This document shows, piece by piece, positions 53,623 through 63,150 of a stretch of DNA of 64,000 bases. A model generated the notes under the pieces. That model did not search any database. It was given only the letters and a program-made list of their open reading frames with translations, and was not told the origin of the DNA. The translations under genes and the position numbers were made by a program. The DNA is from Rhizobium sp. Q54 (lineage in GTDB: Bacteria; Pseudomonadota; Gammaproteobacteria; Burkholderiales; Burkholderiaceae), in assembly GCA_943371165.1 (NCBI GenBank), contig CALRTW020000005.1, forward strand, positions 3,481 to 67,480, in the 5' to 3' direction. Position 1 is the first letter of the stretch, and each line of letters starts with the position of its first letter.

Positions 53623-56586
53623 ATGACATATACCAACCAATCCGCAGCAGAGACACAATTAGGGCTTCCTTCCGGCGGCAATCCCACCGCAAATATGACC
53701 CAAAACCCTTCTGCTGGATTTGTGGCTGGTGGTGTCGGTGGCACTCAAGCTACCCAGTTATCCGATTACAAAATTATTCGACGCAATGGCTCGGTAGTGG
53801 CATTTGAGCCATCGAAAATTGCCATTGCAGTAACCAAAGCATTTTTAGCAGTTAATGGTGGACAGGGCGCTGCCTCAGCGCGTGTGCGTGAGCAGGTGGA
53901 GCAATTGACCCATGCGGTTGTTCGTGCCCTGCTGCGTAGTCGCCCCAATGGCGGTACGTTCCACATTGAAGATATTCAAGACCAAGTAGAGCTGGCGCTC
54001 ATGCGCAGCGGTGAGCACAATGTCGCCCGTGCCTATGTCTTGTACCGCGAAAAGCGCAATCAAGAACGCGCAAGCCAGCAAGCAGTTGCAACAGAGACGC
54101 AAACCCCAGCACAGCAGGCAGACTCAGGTATTACCGTGCTGGATAACGGTGTCAGCAAGCCCCTCGATATGGCTGCCTTGCGTACCGTGATTCAGGCGGC
54201 ATGTGAAGGTTTGGGCAATGCAATTGATGCCACTCCAATCATTACCGAAACCATTAAGAATTTGTACGACGGCGTCCCAATGGCACAGGTATACGACTCT
54301 GCCATCCTGGCCTCCCGTACCTTGATTGAAAAAGATCCGGCATATAGCCAAGTCACTGCACGAATTCTGATGCACGTGATCCGCAAAGAGATTTTGGGTC
54401 GCGAAGTATTGCAGGGCAATATGCAAGCCGAGTACAGCACCTACTTTGCCAAGTACATCAATGAGGGTATCGGCGCTGAGCTGCTGGATCCCCGCATGCG
54501 TGAGTTTGATTTAGCGCGCCTCGCTGCTGCCCTCAATGCCGACCGTGACTTGCAGTTCAATTACCTCGGCCTGCAAACCCTGTATGACCGCTATTTCTTG
54601 CACATTGAGGACCGCCGTATTGAAATGCCACAGGCTTTCTTCATGCGCGTAGCCATGGGCCTTGCTCTAAATGAGCTTGACCGTGAAGCCCGTGCCATTG
54701 AGTTCTATGAAGTGCTCTCGACATTTGACTTTATGTCCAGCACGCCAACCCTCTTTAACTCAGCCACAACCCGTCCGCAACTCTCGAGCTGCTACTTGAC
54801 CACCGTGGCAGATGACCTCGATGGTATTTATGAGGCCTTGAAAGAGAATGCTTTATTGTCGAAGTTTGCTGGTGGTCTTGGCAATGACTGGACTAATGTG
54901 CGCGCCCTTGGCAGCCACATCAAAGGAACCAATGGCAAGTCACAAGGCGTGGTGCCATTCTTAAAGGTAGTGAATGACACAGCCGTTGCAGTAAACCAAG
55001 GTGGTAAGCGTAAAGGTGCGGTTTGCGCCTATTTAGAAACATGGCACTTGGATATCGAAGAATTCTTGGAGCTGCGTAAAAACACCGGAGATGATCGTCG
55101 TCGTACGCACGACATGAATACCTCCAACTGGATTCCTGACCTCTTCATGAAGCGCGTAATGGAAAACGGCAACTGGACCTTGTTCTCGCCATCCAATACG
55201 CCCGATTTGCATGACAAATTTGGTAAGGCATTTGAAGACGCTTATGTTGCTTATGAAAAGCAAGCAGAAAGCGGCGTTATCAAGCCATCCCGCACCATCC
55301 CTGCGCAACAGTTGTGGCGCAAGATGCTGGGCATGCTGTTTGAAACCGGCCACCCATGGATCACCTTTAAAGATCCTTGTAACGTCCGCAGCCCACAGCA
55401 GCACATCGGCGTAGTTCACTCATCCAATTTGTGTACCGAGATCACTCTCAACACCAATGACGATGAAATCGCGGTCTGTAATTTGGGCTCTGTAAACCTG
55501 ACTGCCCATATGACAACCGATGCAAATGGCCGTTTGGTGCTCGATCACGACAAATTACAAAAGACCATCCGCACTGCGATGCGTATGCTCGATAACGTAA
55601 TTGACATTAACTACTATGCGGTTGCTAAGGCGCGCAACTCGAACCTCAAGCATCGCCCAGTGGGCCTTGGCATCATGGGCTTCCAGGATTGCTTGCACAT
55701 GCAGCGTATTCCGTACGCCAGCGATGCAGCAGTTCAGTTTGCTGATGCATCGATGGAAGCGGTTTGCTATTACGCCTACCAGGCATCGAATGAACTCGCA
55801 GAAGAGCGTGGCACCTACAGCAGCTACAAAGGCTCGCTATGGGACCGCGGCATCCTCCCACAAGACTCCGTGCGTTTGCTCGCCGAAGAGCGCGGCGGCT
55901 ATTTGGAAGTGGACATGTCTTCCACCCTGAATTGGGATAGTTTGCGCGCGCGGATTAAGCAGTTTGGTATGCGTAATTCCAATTGCGTTGCCATCGCACC
56001 AACAGCGACGATTTCCAATATTATTGGCGTGTCGGCCTGTATCGAGCCTACCTTCCAGAATCTGTTTGTGAAATCCAATTTATCGGGTGAGTTCACGGTA
56101 GTAAATGAGTATTTGGTGCGTGACCTCAAAGACCGCGGCCTCTGGGATGAAGTAATGATTGCCGATTTGAAGTACTTTGATGGCACCTTGTCGAAGATTG
56201 ATCGCGTACCACAGGATTTGCGTGATATTTATGCGACCGCCTTTGAAGTAGAGCCAACCTGGCTGGTGGAAGCAGCATCCCGCCGTCAAAAATGGATCGA
56301 TCAAGCGCAGTCCTTGAATATTTACATGGCTGGCGCCTCTGGTAAGAAGCTGGACGACACCTATAAGTTGGCTTGGTTGCGTGGATTAAAAACTACGTAC
56401 TACCTGCGCACGATGGCGGCAACCCATGTGGAGAAGTCTACCGTGGCAAGCGGTCAGCTCAACTCGGTGTCGAGTGGTGGTGGCGTAAACGGTACCGATG
56501 CTGCAGCAGCACAAGAGGCAGATGGTCCGGTTTGCACAATGCGTCCAGGTGATGCAGGGTTTGATGAATGTGAAGCGTGCCAGTAA
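53623..56586 (+). CDS. nrdA: ribonucleoside-diphosphate reductase alpha subunit (class Ia)
   Basis: 987 aa, N-terminal ATP-cone (IIRRNGSVVAFEPSKI), catalytic NLCTEI, C-terminal Cys pair CxxC. Confidence 0.95.
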   Translation: MTYTNQSAAETQLGLPSGGNPTANMTQNPSAGFVAGGVGGTQATQLSDYKIIRRNGSVVAFEPSKIAIAVTKAFLAVNGGQGAASARVREQVEQLTHAVVRALLRSRPNGGTFHIEDIQDQVELALMRSGEHNVARAYVLYREKRNQERASQQAVATETQTPAQQADSGITVLDNGVSKPLDMAALRTVIQAACEGLGNAIDATPIITETIKNLYDGVPMAQVYDSAILASRTLIEKDPAYSQVTARILMHVIRKEILGREVLQGNMQAEYSTYFAKYINEGIGAELLDPRMREFDLARLAAALNADRDLQFNYLGLQTLYDRYFLHIEDRRIEMPQAFFMRVAMGLALNELDREARAIEFYEVLSTFDFMSSTPTLFNSATTRPQLSSCYLTTVADDLDGIYEALKENALLSKFAGGLGNDWTNVRALGSHIKGTNGKSQGVVPFLKVVNDTAVAVNQGGKRKGAVCAYLETWHLDIEEFLELRKNTGDDRRRTHDMNTSNWIPDLFMKRVMENGNWTLFSPSNTPDLHDKFGKAFEDAYVAYEKQAESGVIKPSRTIPAQQLWRKMLGMLFETGHPWITFKDPCNVRSPQQHIGVVHSSNLCTEITLNTNDDEIAVCNLGSVNLTAHMTTDANGRLVLDHDKLQKTIRTAMRMLDNVIDINYYAVAKARNSNLKHRPVGLGIMGFQDCLHMQRIPYASDAAVQFADASMEAVCYYAYQASNELAEERGTYSSYKGSLWDRGILPQDSVRLLAEERGGYLEVDMSSTLNWDSLRARIKQFGMRNSNCVAIAPTATISNIIGVSACIEPTFQNLFVKSNLSGEFTVVNEYLVRDLKDRGLWDEVMIADLKYFDGTLSKIDRVPQDLRDIYATAFEVEPTWLVEAASRRQKWIDQAQSLNIYMAGASGKKLDDTYKLAWLRGLKTTYYLRTMAATHVEKSTVASGQLNSVSSGGGVNGTDAAAAQEADGPVCTMRPGDAGFDECEACQ

Positions 56587-56632
56587 GCCATTTGCTTACG
56601 GGTAGTGAAATGATGGAATTTTGGAGAATACT

Positions 56633-57817
56633 ATGTTGAATTGGGAAGAAGAAGTGGCGCCAGCACTGGCTAAAGTCGGTTTAGCACCGCAGCCAGCAGT
56701 ACAGCCACAGAAAGCACCGCAGCCAGATCAGGTTGCAATTGCGCCCCAAACGGCCGCACCTGCGCCAGTACAGGCTGCTAATGCAGCCGGCGGCGCAGCC
56801 ATGCGCGTCAATGCAGCGGATAAGCGCGTGATTAATGCGAAGACTGACGTAAATCAGCTGGTCCCATTTAAATATAAGTGGGCCTGGGAGAAGTATTTGG
56901 CGGGTTGTGCAAACCACTGGATGCCACAAGAGATCAATATGAACCGCGATATCGCGCTTTGGAAAGATCCAAACGGCCTGACCGAAGATGAGCGTCGCAT
57001 CATTAAGCGCAATCTGGGTTTCTTCACAACAGCAGATTCGTTGGCTGCAAACAATATTGTGTTGGGTACGTATCGCCACATTACTGCTCCAGAATGCCGC
57101 CAATACCTATTGCGTCAGGCTTTCGAGGAAGCAATTCATACCCACGCCTACCAATATATTGTCGAATCCTTGGGTTTAGACCAGTCTGAAATCTTTAATG
57201 CGTATAACGAGATTGAGTCCATTCGCGCCAAAGACCAGTTTTTGATTCCCTTTATCGACGTATTAACTGACCCCAATTTCAAGACTGGCACCTTAGAAGC
57301 GGATCAAAAACTACTCCGTTCGCTAATTGTTTTTGCCTGCGTAATGGAAGGTTTGTTCTTTTATGTTGGTTTTACGCAAATCCTTGCAATGGGTCGCCAG
57401 AACAAAATGACGGGTGCTGCTGAGCAGTATCAATACATCTTGCGTGACGAGTCAATGCACTGCAATTTTGGTATCGATTTGATTAATCAAATCAAGCTGG
57501 AGAACCCGCAGTTATGGACTTCCGCGTTCAAAGAAGAGATCCGCAGCATCTTCGAACAAGCAGTCGAATTAGAGTACCGTTATGCCGAAGATACGATGCC
57601 TCGAGGTGTACTTGGATTGAACGCGCCGATGTTCAAAGGCTACCTCCGATACATCTGTAATCGTCGGTGTATGCAAATAGGACTTGACGCAATGTTCCCA
57701 AATGAAGAGAATCCATTTCCATGGATGTCAGAAATGATCGATCTGAAGAAAGAACGAAACTTTTTTGAGACACGCGTTATTGAGTATCAAACTGGTGGTG
57801 CGCTGAACTGGGAGTAA
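56633..57817 (+). CDS. nrdB: ribonucleoside-diphosphate reductase beta subunit
   Basis: Di-iron/tyrosyl motifs ([20 protein letters not shown]). ATG 56633 is preceded by GGAG at 6-nt spacing. Has a Pro/Ala/Gln-rich N-terminal extension. Confidence 0.9.
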   Translation: MLNWEEEVAPALAKVGLAPQPAVQPQKAPQPDQVAIAPQTAAPAPVQAANAAGGAAMRVNAADKRVINAKTDVNQLVPFKYKWAWEKYLAGCANHWMPQEINMNRDIALWKDPNGLTEDERRIIKRNLGFFTTADSLAANNIVLGTYRHITAPECRQYLLRQAFEEAIHTHAYQYIVESLGLDQSEIFNAYNEIESIRAKDQFLIPFIDVLTDPNFKTGTLEADQKLLRSLIVFACVMEGLFFYVGFTQILAMGRQNKMTGAAEQYQYILRDESMHCNFGIDLINQIKLENPQLWTSAFKEEIRSIFEQAVELEYRYAEDTMPRGVLGLNAPMFKGYLRYICNRRCMQIGLDAMFPNEENPFPWMSEMIDLKKERNFFETRVIEYQTGGALNWE

Positions 57818-57961
57818 TGGTTTACCTAATAAGCGCCTCACTGGTTCACAGGAGAGTAAACGGTTGGATAGTTTTAGTAATCTAAAGCAGACACAGTTTA
57901 AAAAACCCCTCAAACGAGGCGTTTGCTCTTTATTCTCCTTTTTTTCCAGCATTTTTAAGAA

Positions 57962-57992
57962 GCCGTCACCCCTTGGGGTCGCGGCTTTTTTT
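57962..57992 (+). terminator. rho-independent terminator after nrdB
   Basis: GCCGTCACCCC-tt-GGGGTCGCGGC (9 of 11 positions paired) followed by T7. Confidence 0.6.
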
Positions 57993-58147
57993 CCAGGATT
58001 CATTAGCGTGCAGCACTTAGCATCAAGCCGCGCGCCGATGAATGGCTCGCTCGCTCGGTCCGCCAGGCCTTATGGCACGGCAGATCTGAATGGTCGGGTC
58101 TTCTTAATCGGTAGTTCGTACTAATCCTCACGTGAAGGAGTATCACT

Positions 58148-58518
58148 ATGGCAATCGCCAAAAAGAAACCAGCTGCAAAGAAACCTGCTGCAAAGAAAAA
58201 AGTAGCTGCTAAGAAGCCTGCTGCAAAGAAAGTAGCAAAGAAGAAGCCTGCTGCTAAAAAAGCTGCTGCTAAGAAGCCTGCTGCTAAAAAAGCCGCTAAG
58301 CGTAAGCCTGCTGCTAAAAAAGCCGCTGCTAAGAAGCCTGCTGCTAAAAAAGCCGCAAAGCGCAAGCCAGCTGCAAAAAAAAAGTAAGTAAGCCTGCTGC
58401 CAAGAAGAAAGCGGGCTCTGCAGTAAAAAAGCCCGCGGCTAAGAAGCCTGCTGCTACTACGCAAACTGCGTTGAATCCAGCTGCTGCTTGGCCTTTCCCA
58501 ACCGGCACACGCCCATAA
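58148..58518 (+). CDS. histone H1-like Lys/Ala-rich nucleoid protein, reading frame interrupted at an A9 tract
   Basis: Frame 0 (58148..58387) gives 79 aa of KKPAAKK-type repeats and stops at TAA right after A9 (58375-58383). The -1 frame continues KKKVSKPAAKKKAGSAVKKPAAKKPAATTQTALNPAAAWPFPTGTRP to TAA at 58516-58518. A terminator follows at 58551. Confidence 0.7.
58261..58380 (+). repeat. 60-bp tandem duplication inside the histone-like gene
   Basis: 58261-58320 and 58321-58380 align with 6 substitutions. Each copy encodes the 20-aa unit AAAKKPAAKKAAKRKPAAKK. Confidence 0.85.
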
Positions 58519-58550
58519 GCGCAAGCTTATAGGTCAGGTAGTAATGCAAT

Positions 58551-58576
58551 GGGGTCCCTCGGGACCCCATTTCTTT
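58551..58576. terminator. rho-independent terminator between the histone-like gene and the convergent kinase gene
   Basis: GGGGTCCC-tc-GGGACCCC followed by ATTTCTTT. Confidence 0.6.
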
Positions 58577-58631
58577 ATGGCAAATTAATAAAACCCGGGC
58601 AGTAGACCGCCTGCCTTTGGCTTATCCCGCC

Positions 58632-59591
58632 TTAAAACCCAAAACCAAATGCAGTTTTGAATTGATCTTTAATCTGATCCAGGCTCAATTGGTGGTTTTG
58701 TGGGCCTTGATGGGCAATTTTGATCGAACCCATGAGGCTGGCAAGGCGACCGGTGGTTTCCCAGTCCATGCCATTTTCTAAACCAAACAGGAGTCCGCCC
58801 CGAAAAGCGTCGCCACAACCAGTTGGATCAATCAGCTGCGCTGCTTTGACCGGTGGAATGGCAATCGATTTGCCGCCCGCATAAATCTGGGCACCTTCTG
58901 CACCTTTGGTGACGATCAGCGCTTTGACGCGTTCACCTAATTGCGCAAGCGATAAGCCAGTCCGCTTGGAAAGCATTTCACCTTCATAGTCATTGACCGC
59001 TAGGTAGCTTGCCAGCTCAGTCAGCTCTAAGAGTTCAGGGCCATCAAACATGGGTAAACCCTGACCTGGATCGAAAATGAATGGAATCTGTGCCTCTGCC
59101 AGTTGATGGCAATGCTCCCACATACCAGCACGACCATCGGGCGCAACAATCGCCAGACTTACCGGTGCACTTTTCTTCTGGGTACGCGCTGCCGTAACAT
59201 CGCTGACCTGATTGAGGTGGGATTCATTCATGGCGCCAGGGTGAAAGGCCGTAATCTGATTGTTCGAGAGATCGGTGGTGATCATCGCCTGCGCAGTAAA
59301 CGCGCTTTCAAGGGTGCGAATGTGGCTTGCATCAATTTTCAAGTCCTTGAGGCGCTCAAGGTAGGGCGTAGCATCGCCACCCACCGTTGCCATGATGACG
59401 GGCTCGCCGCCAAGTAGCTTGAGGTTGTAGGCAATGTTGCCAGCACAACCACCGAATTCTCGGCGCATGCTCGGCACTAAAAAGGCAACATTCAGAATAT
59501 GAATTTGGTCTGGCAGGATTTGATCCTGAAAGCGGCCTTCAAAGTTCATGATGGTGTCGTAGGCGATGGAACCGCAAATAAGGCTAGCCAT
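58632..59591 (-). CDS. PfkB-family carbohydrate/nucleoside kinase (adenosine-kinase-like)
   Basis: 319 aa. N-terminal GSIAYDTIM..F, GGCAGNIAYNL, C-terminal DPTGCGDAFRGG ribokinase-family signature. Confidence 0.75.
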   Translation of the reverse strand: MASLICGSIAYDTIMNFEGRFQDQILPDQIHILNVAFLVPSMRREFGGCAGNIAYNLKLLGGEPVIMATVGGDATPYLERLKDLKIDASHIRTLESAFTAQAMITTDLSNNQITAFHPGAMNESHLNQVSDVTAARTQKKSAPVSLAIVAPDGRAGMWEHCHQLAEAQIPFIFDPGQGLPMFDGPELLELTELASYLAVNDYEGEMLSKRTGLSLAQLGERVKALIVTKGAEGAQIYAGGKSIAIPPVKAAQLIDPTGCGDAFRGGLLFGLENGMDWETTGRLASLMGSIKIAHQGPQNHQLSLDQIKDQFKTAFGFGF

Positions 59592-59617
59592 AAAGTACTT
59601 TCGGAATAAGTGAGGGG

Positions 59618-61204
59618 TTAGGGATAAAAAAGCCGCACACGATACCCAGCAGCATTGCTGGGTAACTGCAAGGGAATGAGGGCGCGGATACTTTGTCCGC
59701 CGGGAGCGCCGTTGCGGGCAAACTGGGTATGCGATTCACGCCACGATGCGGGTAGCCACTCTTCTGGCGAAAACACAATCAATTGCACGGCAGATTCATC
59801 GGTATCAGTGAGGATTAATTCCAAATGCGGGAGTGCAATTGGCATCATTAAGCGATTTTGTATCTCAACTTCGAGTACAGATGGATTTGCAGGCGCTTTA
59901 GAGGCTTGCTGCGCTGTTTGCATGCCGAGCGCACTTGCAGTTATCTTCCACGCAGAAAAATCGCGTATAGCCCCTTCTGCGCAGCCAAATGACTCACACA
60001 GGATTTGATCAACGCGAGTTAATGCAGCAAACGTTTTTAAATGGAAGGCCGATGGTGTGTCATCCACGTGCGGCGCAGCAAATGGCAGCAAGCGATCGCG
60101 AGTCATGTGCAAGACGGCAAGGCTAAGGACGCATACCAGAACAAAAATCAGCGCCAACTTGTAAAGCCAGGGATAAACCACAGCCTTGTTAGTTGCGGAT
60201 GAGCCGAGCGTGCTTGCTACTTCAGTGCTGTTTTTTTTTACTTCACCTGCGTTTAGTAGCGCAGACTGGGAAGAATCTTCTAAGGTGCCAGCAAGGCAGA
60301 CCCAGCCGTCACTTTCTTTCCAGACAGAGAGTGTCAGCCACTGGCTATAGGTGGCGATGACCTCATCGGCCTGACGGCTGAGTACCCCAGAGAGTACGAT
60401 TTGACCGCCAGGGCGAATGCGTTGCACTAAAGCCGGAGCCAAGACTTGCAAGGGGTTTGCCAAAATATTGGCCATGACGATGTCATAGCGCGCTTCGGCG
60501 CCCAGCATCGGCACTGCATCGTCGGGTAAAGCAAAAGTGATATCAACCCCATTAATCTCGGCATTGCTGCGCGCAGCGACCATCGCCTGGGGATCAATGT
60601 CAGTCCCTACAACGGGGTTGCAACCTAACTTTTTGGCGGCGATGGCCAAAATACCGGAGCCGCAACCGTAATCGAGCAAGCTTCTATTCTGCAATTGGGT
60701 TTGTTGCTCAAGCCATAAGAGGCAAAGGTGGGTGGTAGGGTGACTGCCGGTTCCAAATGCCAGTCCTGGATCGACCGCCAAACAAATGGCGTTGGGATCA
60801 GCGGGGGTTTCATGCCAGGATGGCACGACCCAAATGCGCTCACCAATCTGTATCGGCGCAAATTGACTTTGCGTTAAACGGACCCAATCTTGCTCGGCTA
60901 CGATTTTTTCTTCAGGGGGTCTTAGGAAAAAGCCAGCATCCCTTAATGAATGCAGCAGCTCTGGAATAAAGTCCGCATCATCCGAATCATCTACATCGGG
61001 ATTAAACAGGGCAGTGACGGTCGAGCGATCCCATGCTTGAACCTCAGGAGAAAGGCCGGGTTCGCCGTAAAGGGGGGTTTCATCGTAGCCGCCGGCAGCG
61101 GCATCTTCCACCGTAATCGACAGAGCGCCGAGCTCCATCAGCGCATCACCCAAGGGTTCGGCTATCTCAGCATGAACCGTAAAAATCAGTTCACGGTACG
61201 GCAT
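59618..61204 (-). CDS. prmA: ribosomal protein L11 methyltransferase PrmA fused in-frame to a TM + DUF3426-like C-terminal region
   Basis: Residues 1 to about 300 are PrmA (LDYGCGSGILAIAAKKLG SAM motif, ends ...DGWVCLAGTL). These are followed without a stop by a linker containing A9 (60231-60239), a TM helix (LALIFVLVCVLSLAVL) and a roughly 170-aa domain resembling the DUF3426 proteins normally encoded by the separate gene downstream of prmA. Confidence 0.7.
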   Translation of the reverse strand: MPYRELIFTVHAEIAEPLGDALMELGALSITVEDAAAGGYDETPLYGEPGLSPEVQAWDRSTVTALFNPDVDDSDDADFIPELLHSLRDAGFFLRPPEEKIVAEQDWVRLTQSQFAPIQIGERIWVVPSWHETPADPNAICLAVDPGLAFGTGSHPTTHLCLLWLEQQTQLQNRSLLDYGCGSGILAIAAKKLGCNPVVGTDIDPQAMVAARSNAEINGVDITFALPDDAVPMLGAEARYDIVMANILANPLQVLAPALVQRIRPGGQIVLSGVLSRQADEVIATYSQWLTLSVWKESDGWVCLAGTLEDSSQSALLNAGEVKKNSTEVASTLGSSATNKAVVYPWLYKLALIFVLVCVLSLAVLHMTRDRLLPFAAPHVDDTPSAFHLKTFAALTRVDQILCESFGCAEGAIRDFSAWKITASALGMQTAQQASKAPANPSVLEVEIQNRLMMPIALPHLELILTDTDESAVQLIVFSPEEWLPASWRESHTQFARNGAPGGQSIRALIPLQLPSNAAGYRVRLFYP

Positions 61205-61226
61205 GGCCCAGCGCTTTCAAGAAAAA

Positions 61227-62591
61227 CTATCCCTTCACTCGGCTGGCAGCTTGCTCTTCCAGTCGATGTTCAAGGTAGTGAATGCTGGTGCCACCTTCTT
61301 CAAAGTTGGGGTCGAGCATGAGTTCGCGGTGCAGTGGAATATTGGTGGTGATGCCATCAATGACGATTTCCGAGAGGGCAATGCGCATGCGGCGGATGGC
61401 CTGCTCGCGGGTCTTGCCATAAGAGATCAATTTACCGATCATGGAATCGTAGTTGGGCGGCACCATGTAGCCACCATAGGCATGCGAGTCAACCCGAATA
61501 CCAGGACCGCCGGGCATATGCCACGACAAAATACGACCTGGGCTGGGGGTAAATTTGAAGGGATCTTCAGCGTTGATGCGGCACTCGATGGCATGCCCTT
61601 GAAACACAATGTCTTTTTGTCGAAACCCGAGCTTAAGTCCGGCTGCAATGCGGATTTGCTCTTGCACAATATCAACGCCGGTAATCATTTCGGTGACGGG
61701 GTGCTCGACTTGAACCCGGGTGTTCATCTCAATGAAGAAAAACTCACCGTTCTCATACAGAAACTCAAAAGTGCCGGCACCGCGGTAGCCCATTTTGCGG
61801 CAGGCTTCTGCACAGCGCTCACCAATTTTGGCAATCGCACGACGATCGATGCCGGGTGCTGGCGCCTCTTCAATAATCTTTTGGTGGCGGCGCTGCATCG
61901 AGCAGTCGCGCTCACCTAGCCAGACTGCGTTGCCGTGGGTATCGGCCAGAACCTGAATTTCCACATGGCGGGGCTTTTCTAAAAACTTCTCCATGTAGAC
62001 CTCGGGATTACCAAAAGCACGGCCTGCCTCTTCCCGCGTCATATTGACTGCGTTGACTAGGGCCGCTTCGGTATGCACCACGCGCATGCCGCGGCCACCG
62101 CCACCGCCGGCCGCCTTGATGATGACGGGGTAACCTACTTTTTTAGCGATCGCAATAATTTCTTTGGGGTTATCGGGCAGTGCGCCGTCGGAACCGGGAA
62201 CGCAGGGAACGCCCGCCTTAATCATGGCGCGCTTAGCTGAAACCTTGTCACCCATGAGGCGAATGGTCTCTGGACGCGGACCAATAAATGCAAAGCCCGA
62301 TTTTTCAACACGCTCAGCAAAGTCGGCGTTCTCGGATAAAAAACCGTAGCCGGGGTGAATGGCTTCTGCATCCGTAACTTCTGCTGCGGAAATGATGGCC
62401 GGCATATTGAGGTAGCTCAGCGGCGAAGGCGCAGGCCCAATGCAGACCGCTTCATCAGCGAGCTTGACGTACTTGGCTTCTTTATCGGCAACGGAATACA
62501 CCACCACCGTCTTAATGCCGAGTTCACGGCACGCGCGCTGGATGCGAAGAGCAATTTCTCCGCGGTTAGCAATCAGAATCTTATCGAACAT
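61227..62591 (-). CDS. accC: acetyl-CoA carboxylase biotin carboxylase subunit
   Basis: [20 protein letters not shown]-grasp motifs, 454 aa. Confidence 0.95.
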   Translation of the reverse strand: MFDKILIANRGEIALRIQRACRELGIKTVVVYSVADKEAKYVKLADEAVCIGPAPSPLSYLNMPAIISAAEVTDAEAIHPGYGFLSENADFAERVEKSGFAFIGPRPETIRLMGDKVSAKRAMIKAGVPCVPGSDGALPDNPKEIIAIAKKVGYPVIIKAAGGGGGRGMRVVHTEAALVNAVNMTREEAGRAFGNPEVYMEKFLEKPRHVEIQVLADTHGNAVWLGERDCSMQRRHQKIIEEAPAPGIDRRAIAKIGERCAEACRKMGYRGAGTFEFLYENGEFFFIEMNTRVQVEHPVTEMITGVDIVQEQIRIAAGLKLGFRQKDIVFQGHAIECRINAEDPFKFTPSPGRILSWHMPGGPGIRVDSHAYGGYMVPPNYDSMIGKLISYGKTREQAIRRMRIALSEIVIDGITTNIPLHRELMLDPNFEEGGTSIHYLEHRLEEQAASRVKG

Positions 62592-62621
62592 GGCGCCTTG
62601 GCTTGAAAGGATGTGGAGAAA

Positions 62622-63104
62622 TTAAGCAATCACAAACAAGGGTTGATCGTATTCAACGCCCTGGCCGTTCTCACACAAAATTTGTTTAACAACGCCCGCC
62701 TTCTCAGATTCAATTTCATTTAAGAGTTTCATCGCCTCAATGATGCAGAGGGTTTGGCCTACCGTTACGGTGTCGCCAACATTAACGAAATTGGGCGATT
62801 CCGGATTGGCCGCACGGTAAAAGGTTCCAACCATAGGGGACTTTGCAACGAATCCCGCAGCAGTGGCCGCGGATTCTTCAGCGGCAGCATGTTCAGCCGC
62901 AGTCGGCGCCGCAGGTGCAGGTGCAGCCACTGGAATAGGTGATGGCGCTGCAGCTGCATAGGTAATGGGCGCAGCACTTTGTTGTGCTTGCGCTAACTTC
63001 GCGTTCACAATGCGAACCCGGTCTTCACCTTCGTTGACTTCAAGCTCAGAAATGCCTGATTCAGAAACCAAGTCGATCAGTGTTTTTAGTTTTCTCAGAT
63101 CCAT
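62622..63104 (-). CDS. accB: acetyl-CoA carboxylase biotin carboxyl carrier protein
   Basis: Ala/Pro-rich linker and biotinylation motif EAMKL. Confidence 0.95.
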   Translation of the reverse strand: MDLRKLKTLIDLVSESGISELEVNEGEDRVRIVNAKLAQAQQSAAPITYAAAAPSPIPVAAPAPAAPTAAEHAAAEESAATAAGFVAKSPMVGTFYRAANPESPNFVNVGDTVTVGQTLCIIEAMKLLNEIESEKAGVVKQILCENGQGVEYDQPLFVIA

Positions 63105-63150
63105 GGAGGTATGCCCTTCTGGTAAAAATGACGGGAAAGAAAAATGACGA

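Noticed and set aside
58003-58524. 173-aa minus-strand ORF (FLAAGFLAAAFLAAG... repeats) covering the histone-like gene
   Set aside because: It is the antisense mirror of the AAG/AAA/GCT-rich Lys/Ala repeats, so a low-complexity Phe/Leu/Ala product is expected by complementarity. The RBS, terminator placement and the family-typical C-terminal tail all support the plus strand.
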